In this document: in pieces, positions 1-7,849 of the stretch
Layout: every line of letters begins with the position of its first letter
How positions within the stretch are numbered: position 1 is the stretch's first letter
NCBI GenBank assembly: GCA_028706715.1
Contig: JAQTVQ010000002.1
Location: 3,510-67,509, forward strand
Direction: 5' to 3'
DNA length: 64,000 bases
Source: Minisyncoccota bacterium
Lineage (GTDB): Bacteria; Patescibacteriota; Minisyncoccia; Minisyncoccales; JAQTVQ01
Made by a program: the position numbers and the translations under genes
Notes under the pieces: generated by a model
What the model saw: the letters and a program-made list of their open reading frames with translations, nothing else
Databases searched by the model: none
What the model was told of the DNA's origin: nothing

Positions 1-464
1 GCTGGAAAGAAATAGCAAAAAAGCTGGCCCCAAAAGAAGGAAAAACCGAAGACAAAGCTATCCAAAGACTGGAGATGCTTTTAAAGGAATGCTTTGGGTT
101 TAAGCTTTACGACGATGCCCGATTCGCTTTTGATCTTCCAATTCAAAAAGCAATTTTAACGGCTGGCAGCCGTTTTTTACTGGAGCCTTGCAATATTCCC
201 AAAAATATTGAAATCTTTACGCCTTTTGAAACAAGATTCCTTAAGCCTGATCCGAAAGCTTTTCTTTTTGTTCTTAAGCAATTAAAAATTTCGCCGAAAG
301 AAGCGGCAATGATAGGGGATGAAACAGAAAGAGATTTAATCCCGGCTTTAAATCTCGGGATGAGAGCCTTTTTGATTGAAAGAGAAGATAAAAACATCGG
401 TATTTTGCCCAACAAAATTATAAAACTAAGCTCTCTCAAAGAATTAGAAAATTACCTCCTTTGA
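1..464 (+). CDS. HAD-superfamily hydrolase, C-terminal part (5' end lies outside the window)
   Basis: The frame is open from the window edge. The translation (MIGDETERDLIPALNLGMRAFLIE...) looks like HAD-family phosphatase motifs III/IV. Confidence 0.55.
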   Translation, partial: WKEIAKKLAPKEGKTEDKAIQRLEMLLKECFGFKLYDDARFAFDLPIQKAILTAGSRFLLEPCNIPKNIEIFTPFETRFLKPDPKAFLFVLKQLKISPKEAAMIGDETERDLIPALNLGMRAFLIEREDKNIGILPNKIIKLSSLKELENYLL

Positions 465-890
465 AATATTCTTTAAAAGCTGATAACCTTTAATGATTGA
501 GGAGTTTTTGCTATGTGCGTTTATGGAGGTCCTGAAAACCGGCCCAAAGGCAAACATCTTTGCGCCAAAGGCAGGCAAAAAAGAGGATTGGCCTTAAGCG
601 ACGGCCCTGATGCCCTAAACGAAGGAGAGAGAAGAAAAAGAGAGGAAGAAGAATGAACAGCCGATCTTTTATAAACAAATACGCTCTTTGTAAGGCCGAA
701 CAGAGGCTTGCCGGCGCTGATTGCTTGCAGCCTCATTTTTTTGCTTAAACAATCTTAGCCCCTTTTTGAGTCAATGATTTTTTGATAAACTGAACCAATC
801 TTCCAATTTAACGGCGGAAAGAAACATCGGGGAAAGTATAAAATCACCGCGGAAATTTCTATATTCCGCCAACATAAAATTTTGCATGTT

Positions 891-962
891 AGGCCTGTAG
901 TCAAGCGGCAAGACGCCGCCCTCCTTCGTTAAAACTATGGCGGGCAAAGCATTCGCATTGCA
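891..962 (+). pseudogene. Partial, degenerate copy of the tRNA-Ala 5' half (acceptor/D-arm plus anticodon-stem sequence, with a ~31-nt insertion and no T-arm or 3' acceptor strand)
   Basis: AGGCCTGTAGTCAAGCGGCAAGACGCCGC ... CATTCGCATTGCA matches the first 29 nt (3 mismatches) and the anticodon stem/loop of the complete tRNA at 997..1067. No complementary 3' acceptor strand is present. Confidence 0.35.
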
Positions 963-996
963 CCCTTCCAAAACAAAATATTCAGCAGTCTTTCAT

Positions 997-1067
997 GGGC
1001 CTGTAGTCAAGTGGCACGACGCCGCATTCGCATTGCGGAAGCGCGAGTCCGATTCTCGCCAGGTCCA
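997..1067 (+). tRNA. tRNA-Ala (anticodon CGC)
   Basis: Hand-folded cloverleaf. Acceptor stem GGGCCTG/CAGGTCC carries the G3:U70 wobble that is the alanine identity element. Anticodon stem CCGCA/TGCGG with loop TTCGCAT gives anticodon CGC. T-stem GCGAG/CTCGC, discriminator A. No encoded CCA. Confidence 0.8.
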
Positions 1068-1076
1068 CAACAATAG

Positions 1077-1247
1077 AATTTTCGGGCACAAGCCCGATTT
1101 TTTGTCGTTGCCGCAATTTCTCGCAAATTAGGAGTTCGCCGAGCTTATATTGGCGGGGTTGAAAACGGAAAAAGAAACCCCACTCTTGCGACAATTCAGA
1201 AAGCAGCCAAAGCTCTTGGATTTTCGGCAGATAAATTGTTGAAATAA
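1077..1247 (+). pseudogene. 5'-truncated remnant of an XRE-family helix-turn-helix regulator gene
   Basis: The in-frame translation ...ISRKLGVRRAYIGGVENGKRNPTLATIQKAAKALGFSADKLLK* corresponds to helix 2-3 and the C-terminus of an HTH_XRE domain. There is no start codon and no N-terminal helix. The frame opens 9 nt after the tRNA. Confidence 0.5.
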
Positions 1248-1304
1248 TAATTATGCCAAAAAAGAGTTATTCAAAATTAGAAAAAGTTGATATAATAAAG
1301 CTAT

Positions 1305-2477
1305 ATGAGTAGGAGCCAAAAACATCTAAATCATATAGACGCCATTAACCTTGGATCTTATTATACTCCCGAGACTATTGTTGATTTGGCTTATTCTGTT
1401 TTGCAAAATAACATTAAAGATATTAAGGATTTTTCAATAATAGATTCTTCTTGTGGTTACGGTTCGTTTTTGACAAAAAACAACATTGCGAAAAGATTGA
1501 TTGGGGCCGATATTGATCAAAAAGCAATTTCTGAAGCAAAAAAAATAATTAGCAAAGTTGATTTTATCTGCCAAAATTCTCTTTTGAATGTTAATCGTCC
1601 AAGTTTAACGATTAAGAATGATGAAAAAATTATAACCATAGGAAACCCCCCATATAACGATACTACGTCTATAATTCGTAGTTCCATTAAAGATACTTCC
1701 ATCCAGGACAAAATTGATGTCGACATAAAAACCAGGGATTTGGGTATGTCATTTTTGTTGTCTTACGACAAACTTAAAGCGGATTATGTTTGCGTTTTGC
1801 ATCCTTTATCTTATTTAATCAAAAAAGCCAACTTTGCCCTGCTTTCAAAATTTGCTAAAAACTATAAATTAATTGACGGGATAATCATAAGTAGTCATGA
1901 ATTTTCTGATACTTCTCGCGGAATGGCCTTTCCGATTTTGATCGCCCTTTATAAAAGGGACGAAATAGGAATGAGTTATGGCTATATTCAAAATTATCAG
2001 TTTAAGGTAAAGGATGATGGCGTCTTTCGTTTAAAAGATTTTGATACGATAGTCAACTATGTTCAAAAGTATCCAAATAAAAAATTTTTAAATAAAAATG
2101 ACAAGCCGATAGCAAAGTTTTGGACACTAAGAGATATAAATGCTCTTAAACGAAACAGAACTTTTATTGATGAAGATACCTACAATACTGTTTATGTGTT
2201 GATGGAAAAACTGCCTTATTATTGCTACATTGATATTTTTAAACAATATACGGATAAGATGCCGTATTTCATTGGAAATTGTGATGTGATAATTGATAAT
2301 GAAAAATTCGGAAAAATAAAAGAATGTTTTATCGCCCAAAGTGTTCATACAAATCCGATATTAAAAAATAAATTTAAGTTTAGAGAAATTCCTGATGCCA
2401 AACTAAAAATAGATAACTATTTTAAAGAATTGCTTGGAAGTAAATTTGGGAAAAAATATGCCGCAAATTTTAATTAA
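1305..2477 (+). CDS. N6-adenine DNA methyltransferase, gamma-class (type II R-M modification subunit, M.TaqI-like architecture)
   Basis: Motif I-like DSSCGYGSFL lies upstream of motif IV IGNPPY (NPPY). This order is the gamma-class arrangement seen in M.TaqI-type enzymes. Length 390 aa. Confidence 0.75.
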   Translation: MSRSQKHLNHIDAINLGSYYTPETIVDLAYSVLQNNIKDIKDFSIIDSSCGYGSFLTKNNIAKRLIGADIDQKAISEAKKIISKVDFICQNSLLNVNRPSLTIKNDEKIITIGNPPYNDTTSIIRSSIKDTSIQDKIDVDIKTRDLGMSFLLSYDKLKADYVCVLHPLSYLIKKANFALLSKFAKNYKLIDGIIISSHEFSDTSRGMAFPILIALYKRDEIGMSYGYIQNYQFKVKDDGVFRLKDFDTIVNYVQKYPNKKFLNKNDKPIAKFWTLRDINALKRNRTFIDEDTYNTVYVLMEKLPYYCYIDIFKQYTDKMPYFIGNCDVIIDNEKFGKIKECFIAQSVHTNPILKNKFKFREIPDAKLKIDNYFKELLGSKFGKKYAANFN

Positions 2478-3219
2478 AAAAGACGAACATAAAATTGAAA
2501 TTCCAATTTTATTAACCGCTGTTAGCGGAAAGATTCGCATTAAAAACCGATCAATCGTAAATGAGTATGGGACGCCAGTTGCAACCAAAAGAGACGGTTT
2601 CTCATTAAGCAATTATGTTGAATGGCAAATTGGCTACGATGTGATTAAAAAGGAAACAGAAAAGCTCGCGGAATCATCGCTGCCTGAAACTGAATTTATT
2701 GGAGCAAACGGAAAAATCAAAGCACTTTACGAATTATCAGAATATATTTGGTATTTCTATAAATGGGATGTCATCTCCAAAGAAGAATTGGAAAATGTTA
2801 TTGCTTATCTTAATTCAATACAAGATCAAAATTTGATTGATAATAATTCTGAGTTGCAAATTGATCGTAGCCACCCAATTGAAAAAAACATAAACGGATT
2901 TGATTTTGAATATACTCAGGTTAAATATCCACTTTTGATTTACAAATTTAACGGATATGAAATAGTTACCGAAATAAAAATTACCGAAAAGCAGTATGCG
3001 GTTGGCACGCAACCAATGCTATATTTATGTTTTCCAATTACAGAATTAAAAGCAAAACATAATTTAATCGGACGATGTGCCGAAGTAAAAGAATTTACCT
3101 ATTTTGAAATTTCAAAGAGTAATATTAAAGTGTTTTTGGAGATGTTAAAAATGTTTGGTCTTCTGTCAAAAAACCATAAACACGATGTCCTACAGATTAT
3201 CAATACGATTATAAATTAG
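2434..3219 (+). CDS. Putative cognate type II restriction endonuclease (no recognisable motif; call rests on context)
   Basis: A 261-aa ORF overlaps the methyltransferase 3' end by 44 nt on the same strand. That is a classic M-then-R arrangement. I could not recognise a PD-(D/E)xK or other nuclease motif by eye. Confidence 0.35.
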   Translation: MEVNLGKNMPQILIKKDEHKIEIPILLTAVSGKIRIKNRSIVNEYGTPVATKRDGFSLSNYVEWQIGYDVIKKETEKLAESSLPETEFIGANGKIKALYELSEYIWYFYKWDVISKEELENVIAYLNSIQDQNLIDNNSELQIDRSHPIEKNINGFDFEYTQVKYPLLIYKFNGYEIVTEIKITEKQYAVGTQPMLYLCFPITELKAKHNLIGRCAEVKEFTYFEISKSNIKVFLEMLKMFGLLSKNHKHDVLQIINTIIN

Positions 3220-3500
3220 GCGGCGTGCCAGCCTTACTGGCACGAAAGATTGCGGTGGCGGAAAAAGAAAAAACGGAAAAGTTTTCTGTTTTGCCACGCG
3301 AAGCGCGGCAATCAGTCGGGGTTTTGTTCAAAATGATTTTTTTTCCAACAAACACCATCAATCGCAACTTTCGCCGTTTTGGAAAGGATCGCTTTGAGGC
3401 TTCGCCGCTCGGCAGAAAGCTTGGGAACGGCAAGAGATAAGCCGCCTTTGAGGCAAGCAAAAAGCGGGATTTTTTGCTGATTTTATGTTATAATATTAGT

Positions 3501-3773
3501 ATGATCCCAAAAGTTATTCGGCCTTTTTTGTGGTCAAACAATTTGGATGAAATGGATCTCCAAAGAGATAAAAGAAGAATAATCCTTAATATTTTGAATA
3601 TCGGCACAAAGCCCGCCACTGATTGGCTTTTTGATTTTTATCCAAGATCAGAAATCGTAAAAATAATTGTTGAGTATGGGGCAAAAGGGGAGTTAAGCGA
3701 AAAGTCTTTGAATTATTGGACATTGATGCTGGATATCCCTTTTAAAAAACTAACAAGCAAACGCTTATCTTAG
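3501..3773 (+). CDS. Small hypothetical protein, possibly the partner/antitoxin of the downstream AbiEii-like gene
   Basis: The ORF is 5 nt upstream of the nucleotidyltransferase gene on the same strand. A TATAAT hexamer lies at 3489..3494, 7 nt before the ATG, which suggests a leaderless transcript. The ORF track extends the frame to a TTG at 3474. Confidence 0.3.
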   Translation: MIPKVIRPFLWSNNLDEMDLQRDKRRIILNILNIGTKPATDWLFDFYPRSEIVKIIVEYGAKGELSEKSLNYWTLMLDIPFKKLTSKRLS

Positions 3774-3777
3774 CGAT

Positions 3778-4395
3778 ATGTTTTATAATATTTTGGATAA
3801 AAAAAGGCTGGAGACGCTGCCTTTGCTGAAAAATTTTAAAGATGGCTATTATTTAGCCGGCGAAACCGGACTGGCCTTGCAACTCGGCCGCCGCGACAGT
3901 ATTGATTTTGATTTTTTTTCGCAGAAAGAAATCAATACTGAAAAATTATTTTCTTTAATTAAAGAGGTTTTTAACGGTCGCAGAATAACTAAAGTCCAAG
4001 AAGAAAAAAATTCTCTTACGGTTTTTATTGACGAAAATATTAAATTAAGCTTTTTTTCATATAAATACAGGCTGATAGACGCTTTGGTTAAAGAAAAAGA
4101 TCTTAATATTGCTTCTGTTATGGATATCGCTTGCATGAAGCTGGCGGCAATTGTCAGCCGCGCGTCCAATAAAGACTATATTGATCTGTATTTTATTTTA
4201 AAACGCTTCTCCTTAAAAGAAATTTTGAATAAAATGAATGAAAAAATGCCTGACCTAGACGCCAATTTGGTTTTAAAAAGCCTAGTCTTCTTTAAAGACG
4301 TAGATCAAGAGCCTATAAAATTTCACAACAATAATGAGACAGATTTTGAAACAATTAAAAATTTTTTGATAAAAGAAGTTAGCAGTTTGACTTAA
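3778..4395 (+). CDS. AbiEii/AbiGii-like nucleotidyltransferase (type IV toxin-antitoxin toxin family)
   Basis: LAGETGLALQLGRRDSIDFDFF resembles the GGTAL...H/R..S.D.D motif, and KDYIDLYFIL resembles the C-terminal KDlyDl motif of the AbiEii family. Confidence 0.45.
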   Translation: MFYNILDKKRLETLPLLKNFKDGYYLAGETGLALQLGRRDSIDFDFFSQKEINTEKLFSLIKEVFNGRRITKVQEEKNSLTVFIDENIKLSFFSYKYRLIDALVKEKDLNIASVMDIACMKLAAIVSRASNKDYIDLYFILKRFSLKEILNKMNEKMPDLDANLVLKSLVFFKDVDQEPIKFHNNNETDFETIKNFLIKEVSSLT

Positions 4396-4682
4396 ACAAA
4401 AAAACTGCCGCAAACAAATCAATCCGCATCAAGAAACGATGCGAAAAAACGCTTCATAATCCGCGAATTCTTTCAAAAACCGGCAAAGCAGGCCTTTTGC
4501 CAAAAGAAAAATGGAAGAAAAACCGTCATTCAATGGAAAATAAGGCGTTCACTGAAAAATTTACGGTTCCTGCCTGCAAAACATCCATAAAATTTATTTT
4601 AAATATTTTTCCCTTAAACAATTTTGGGTTCGTTGTATAATTAAATTGCTTTTAATTAGAAAAATCCTTATTTCAAACAATT

Positions 4683-5075
4683 ATGGCGGCAAATCAAGAA
4701 ATCGGCCGGATAGGGGAAAATCTTGCCGCTCAATATTTAAAAGACAAAAAATACAAAATACTGGATCGTAATTATGTTTTCCGCCCGCTTCAAGGCCCGC
4801 CGCTCGGAGAAATAGACATTATCGCGAAAAAAGACGGAATAATCGTTTTTGTTGAAGTAAAAACATTAAGAATATCGGGAAAAGAACCTTTAATCCGGCC
4901 GGAAGAAAAGGCAAACTCAAAAAAGATGCGCAAAATAGCGATAGCGGCGGAAGGCTGGCTGGCGCGAAAAAAAATAAAGTTGGACGCGCCGTGGCAGATA
5001 GACATAATGGCCGTAAAAATTTTAAACGGCGAAAATAAAATAGTGCATTTTGAAAACGCGGTTTCCGGTTTTTGA
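4683..5075 (+). CDS. yraN: YraN/UPF0102 family endonuclease-like protein
   Basis: IGRIGENLAAQYLKDKKYKILDRNY...GEIDIIAKKDGIIVFVEVKT is the typical YraN signature. Confidence 0.8.
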   Translation: MAANQEIGRIGENLAAQYLKDKKYKILDRNYVFRPLQGPPLGEIDIIAKKDGIIVFVEVKTLRISGKEPLIRPEEKANSKKMRKIAIAAEGWLARKKIKLDAPWQIDIMAVKILNGENKIVHFENAVSGF

Positions 5076-5127
5076 TCCAATGTGGATAACCGTCATTGAC
5101 CGCCGCCTCAAATTAAATATAATTACG

Positions 5128-5153
5128 GTTGTCCGGACAATTATCCGGACAAC
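5128..5153. promoter_or_regulatory. Perfect 26-bp palindrome GTTGTCCGGACAATTATCCGGACAAC (candidate operator), 44 nt upstream of the membrane-protein gene at 5197
   Basis: 10-bp inverted arms around a 6-bp AT spacer. A perfect DnaA-box sequence (TGTGGATAA) lies 40 nt upstream at 5081..5089. Confidence 0.45.
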
Positions 5154-5196
5154 ATTTTTGCCAAACAGAATACAAGTTTGGCTTTCTAAATAAAAT

Positions 5197-5841
5197 ATGC
5201 AGATACAGCAATCTCTCTCGCAAATACAAATTATTTTAGACCAAAGGCTTTCTTTCAGAATCATTTTGGCTGTTTCGGTTTTTTTTCTCGGATGGGCGCT
5301 GTCCTGCTGGCTGGCAAAAAAGATATCCCGCATACTGGAAAAAACAAGCCTTGATAAAATCGCCAAAAGCATTCAATTGGACGGCATCCCCAGAGGAAGC
5401 CTTCACGGTTTTATCGGCGAGATATTAAAATATTCTTTTTTGCTTATAGCCTTAATGGTTGCAACGGACATCGCGGGACTGCAGCAGGTTAGCGGATTTC
5501 TTGTTTCCATTATTAAATTCCTGCCTAATATTTATATCTCTCTCGCCATTCTCTTTATCGCGCTTTTTGCCGAAAGCTTCTGCAGAAAAATCATTGTTGG
5601 AAGCGTTGAGGGAGAAAAATTCGTTTATTCCAAAATATTGGGAGAAACGGCTAGAATCTCCATCAGGATTTTGGCTATTTTAGCCGTTTTATACCAATTA
5701 AAAATAGCTCAAGCGCTGGCATTAAGCGTTTTCATCGCTTTATTGGCCACTTTGGCTTTGGCCGTCGGCATTTCTTTCGGAATGGGAGGCAAAGACATAG
5801 CAAAAAAGTTTTTGGACGAAGTCAAAAAAAAGATTTCTTGA
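5197..5841 (+). CDS. Polytopic membrane protein of unknown function
   Basis: Several hydrophobic segments. No recognisable catalytic motif. Confidence 0.35.
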   Translation: MQIQQSLSQIQIILDQRLSFRIILAVSVFFLGWALSCWLAKKISRILEKTSLDKIAKSIQLDGIPRGSLHGFIGEILKYSFLLIALMVATDIAGLQQVSGFLVSIIKFLPNIYISLAILFIALFAESFCRKIIVGSVEGEKFVYSKILGETARISIRILAILAVLYQLKIAQALALSVFIALLATLALAVGISFGMGGKDIAKKFLDEVKKKIS

Positions 5842-5894
5842 GCCTTTTAAACGGAAAAATCCGAAAGAAAGACACTCTCATTTTTTCTTAAATT

Positions 5895-7688
5895 ATGAAA
5901 AACATTACCCCAAAAGATCTTAAAAAAATGGTTCTCTATTCCTGCGAGAGGATAGAAAAAGAGAAAGAGAACATAAACAAAATTAATGTTTTTCCTATAC
6001 CGGACCAAGACACGGGGAATAATCTTGCCAAGACTCTTGCAGGAATAAAAGAAGCGATTGAAAACAAAAACTATAATTCGGCCGAAGATTTGGCCAATGA
6101 TATTTTGGAGGCATCTCTCTCCAGCGCCCAAGGAAACGCAGGAGTGATTTACACCGGTTTTTTAGCCGGTTTTTTATCGCAAATCGGCCGAAAAGATATT
6201 GACGCCAAAACTTTGGGAGAAGCCTTTCGCAAAGGAGCTGAAAGGGCGAAGCAATCAATCCAAAACCCAAAAGAAGGCACTATTCTCAATGTAATAACCG
6301 CTGCCGCTGAAAGCCTTGAAAAAGAAGCTAAAAAGCAAAAAAATATTCCCTCTGCTTTGAAAGAAGCTTCCAAGGCGGCCGGAGAGGCTCTTTTAAAAAC
6401 TCGGGAGCAAATGCCTGTTTTTAAAAAAGCCAATGTTGTTGATGCGGGAGGGCTTGGGTTTGTGATGATTTTGGAAAGCTATCTTGACGCATTAAAAGAC
6501 AAAAAAACAGCTTCTTTCTCCAAGATCAAGCCGTTGGAAAAAGCCAAGAATATCGTCCAGATAATATCCGCTCGCTTTGAAGTGGTGGCTCTCATTGAAG
6601 ATCCTAGAGCCAGCGACATTGAAATGCGCAGATTTTTATCCCGTTTTGGCAATTCTTTGGATATTGTTCAAATAAAAAACAAAATGAAAATCCACATCCA
6701 TACCGATCTTCCGGATGATGTCGTCTCCGCCATAAGGCAAAAAGGACGGATTGTTTCTTTAAGGACCGAAGATATGGCAAAAGAGATAGTGGGAGAGCCT
6801 TCAATCAAAAAAACAACAATCGGATTGGTCACCGATCCTCTTGCCAATCTGACCGATAAGATTATCAGCCGTTACGACATAGAAATAGTTAAGTATGTTT
6901 ATAGCTGGCCGGAAGAGAATATGCTAAGAGGGGAAAATATCTACCAAAAAATGAAAGACGCCGCTTCCAAGGGGATAGCCAACCTGCCCAAAACGTCCCA
7001 GCCGAGCCCGAAAGACTTCCTTGAAGCGTTTAAAAAGAAGCTGGAGCAGGGGTATAAAGACGTTCTTTGCATCAATTTCTCTTCCAAACTTTCAGGAGGA
7101 TACAATTCCGCCTGCCAAGCTAAAAACCTGTTGCCTGAAAACCAAAAGCAAAAAATCCACATTTTTGATTCTATGAACGCCAGCGCCGGACAAGCCTTAA
7201 TCGTTTTAAGGGCCATTGAGCTTATACAAACGAGAAGAAATATCAAAGAAGCGCTGTCCAGCCTCAAAAAAGAAGCGGACAAGGTAAAGATGTACGGGAT
7301 GCCTCAAGATCCCAAATGGCTGGAATGGGGCGGCCGCATCAGCAAGAGCCAAGCCCAATGGTTAAAAAGACTTCAAAAAATAAGAATCAATCCTTTGCTT
7401 GGGATCAAAAAAGGAAAGATAGAAAAAATAGGATTCAGCGCAGGGGCAAAAGAAATGTCCGAGGCTCTTTTTAAAAAAATAATGTCTGACACAAAAATTT
7501 TGAGAAAAGAAAATAAGAACATCCGCATCGTCATAACGCATTGCGACAATCTCCAAGGAGCCAAAAAGCTTAAAGAAATGCTAAGACAAGAAAATTTTGA
7601 AGTTTCTTTTGTCAATTTGACCGATTCAGTCATCGGCGTCCATACGGGACCGGGGACGCTGCTTGCCGCATGGACCGAAATAGATTAA
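5895..7688 (+). CDS. fakA: Fatty acid kinase FakA-like (DAK2 domain fused to a DegV-like domain)
   Basis: The N-terminal half is Dak2-like (DQDTGNNLAKTL...AQGNAGVIYTGF). The C-terminal half is DegV-like (SQPSPKDFLEAFKKKLEQGY...INFSSKLSGGYNSA...IFDSMNASAGQALIVL). At 597 aa, the size matches YloV/FakA. Confidence 0.65.
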   Translation: MKNITPKDLKKMVLYSCERIEKEKENINKINVFPIPDQDTGNNLAKTLAGIKEAIENKNYNSAEDLANDILEASLSSAQGNAGVIYTGFLAGFLSQIGRKDIDAKTLGEAFRKGAERAKQSIQNPKEGTILNVITAAAESLEKEAKKQKNIPSALKEASKAAGEALLKTREQMPVFKKANVVDAGGLGFVMILESYLDALKDKKTASFSKIKPLEKAKNIVQIISARFEVVALIEDPRASDIEMRRFLSRFGNSLDIVQIKNKMKIHIHTDLPDDVVSAIRQKGRIVSLRTEDMAKEIVGEPSIKKTTIGLVTDPLANLTDKIISRYDIEIVKYVYSWPEENMLRGENIYQKMKDAASKGIANLPKTSQPSPKDFLEAFKKKLEQGYKDVLCINFSSKLSGGYNSACQAKNLLPENQKQKIHIFDSMNASAGQALIVLRAIELIQTRRNIKEALSSLKKEADKVKMYGMPQDPKWLEWGGRISKSQAQWLKRLQKIRINPLLGIKKGKIEKIGFSAGAKEMSEALFKKIMSDTKILRKENKNIRIVITHCDNLQGAKKLKEMLRQENFEVSFVNLTDSVIGVHTGPGTLLAAWTEID

Positions 7689-7730
7689 CAAATAAATCAA
7701 AGTTGGAAAATCAAAATACAAGCGGGAGAA

Positions 7731-7790
7731 TATATCATCGCAAAGCGATACAATAATTTTACATTTTGATACTTGCATTTAAATTAAAGC
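7731..7790. repeat. ~60-nt intergenic repeat element, copy A
   Basis: TATATCATCGCAAAGCGATACAATAATTTTACATTTTGATACTTGCATTTAAATT matches the reverse complement of 22330..22392 nearly base for base. Confidence 0.6.
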
Positions 7791-7849
7791 GCCATTGAAG
7801 ATAAAAAGCCAGAAGTTATCTGAAATTTAATTTTATATTTAATAATACT

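Noticed and set aside
500-760. Tried to fit SRP RNA, RNase P RNA or tmRNA consensus segments to the GC-rich non-coding stretch
   Set aside because: None of the hallmark motifs (GGAAAGTCCGGGC of RNase P, the SRP domain IV GGAA tetraloop context, or a tmRNA tag ORF ending ...AA-stop with a tRNA-like 3' end) could be matched by eye. It is left as an unexplained non-coding region in the findings.
891-962. Considered an intron-containing second tRNA gene
   Set aside because: The insertion is not at the canonical 37/38 position. No 3' acceptor strand or T-arm follows. It is better explained as a decayed partial duplicate.
2434-3219. Considered calling the endonuclease a TaqI (TCGA) isoschizomer because M.TaqI and R.TaqI have similar sizes and a similar M/R overlap
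   Set aside because: The protein shows no similarity I can recognise to what I recall of R.TaqI. Only the methyltransferase class and the gene layout are shared, so specificity cannot be inferred.
3209-3460. Overlapping 83-aa (minus) and 71-aa (plus) ORFs
   Set aside because: They are mutually exclusive, highly basic and of odd composition, and sit in a GC-rich patch with stem-loops. They were treated as non-coding or possible RNA rather than annotated as CDS.
5022-5372. 116-aa minus-strand ORF spanning the palindrome and the start of the membrane-protein gene
   Set aside because: It overlaps a plus-strand gene start and an intergenic regulatory-looking region. No motifs. Likely spurious.
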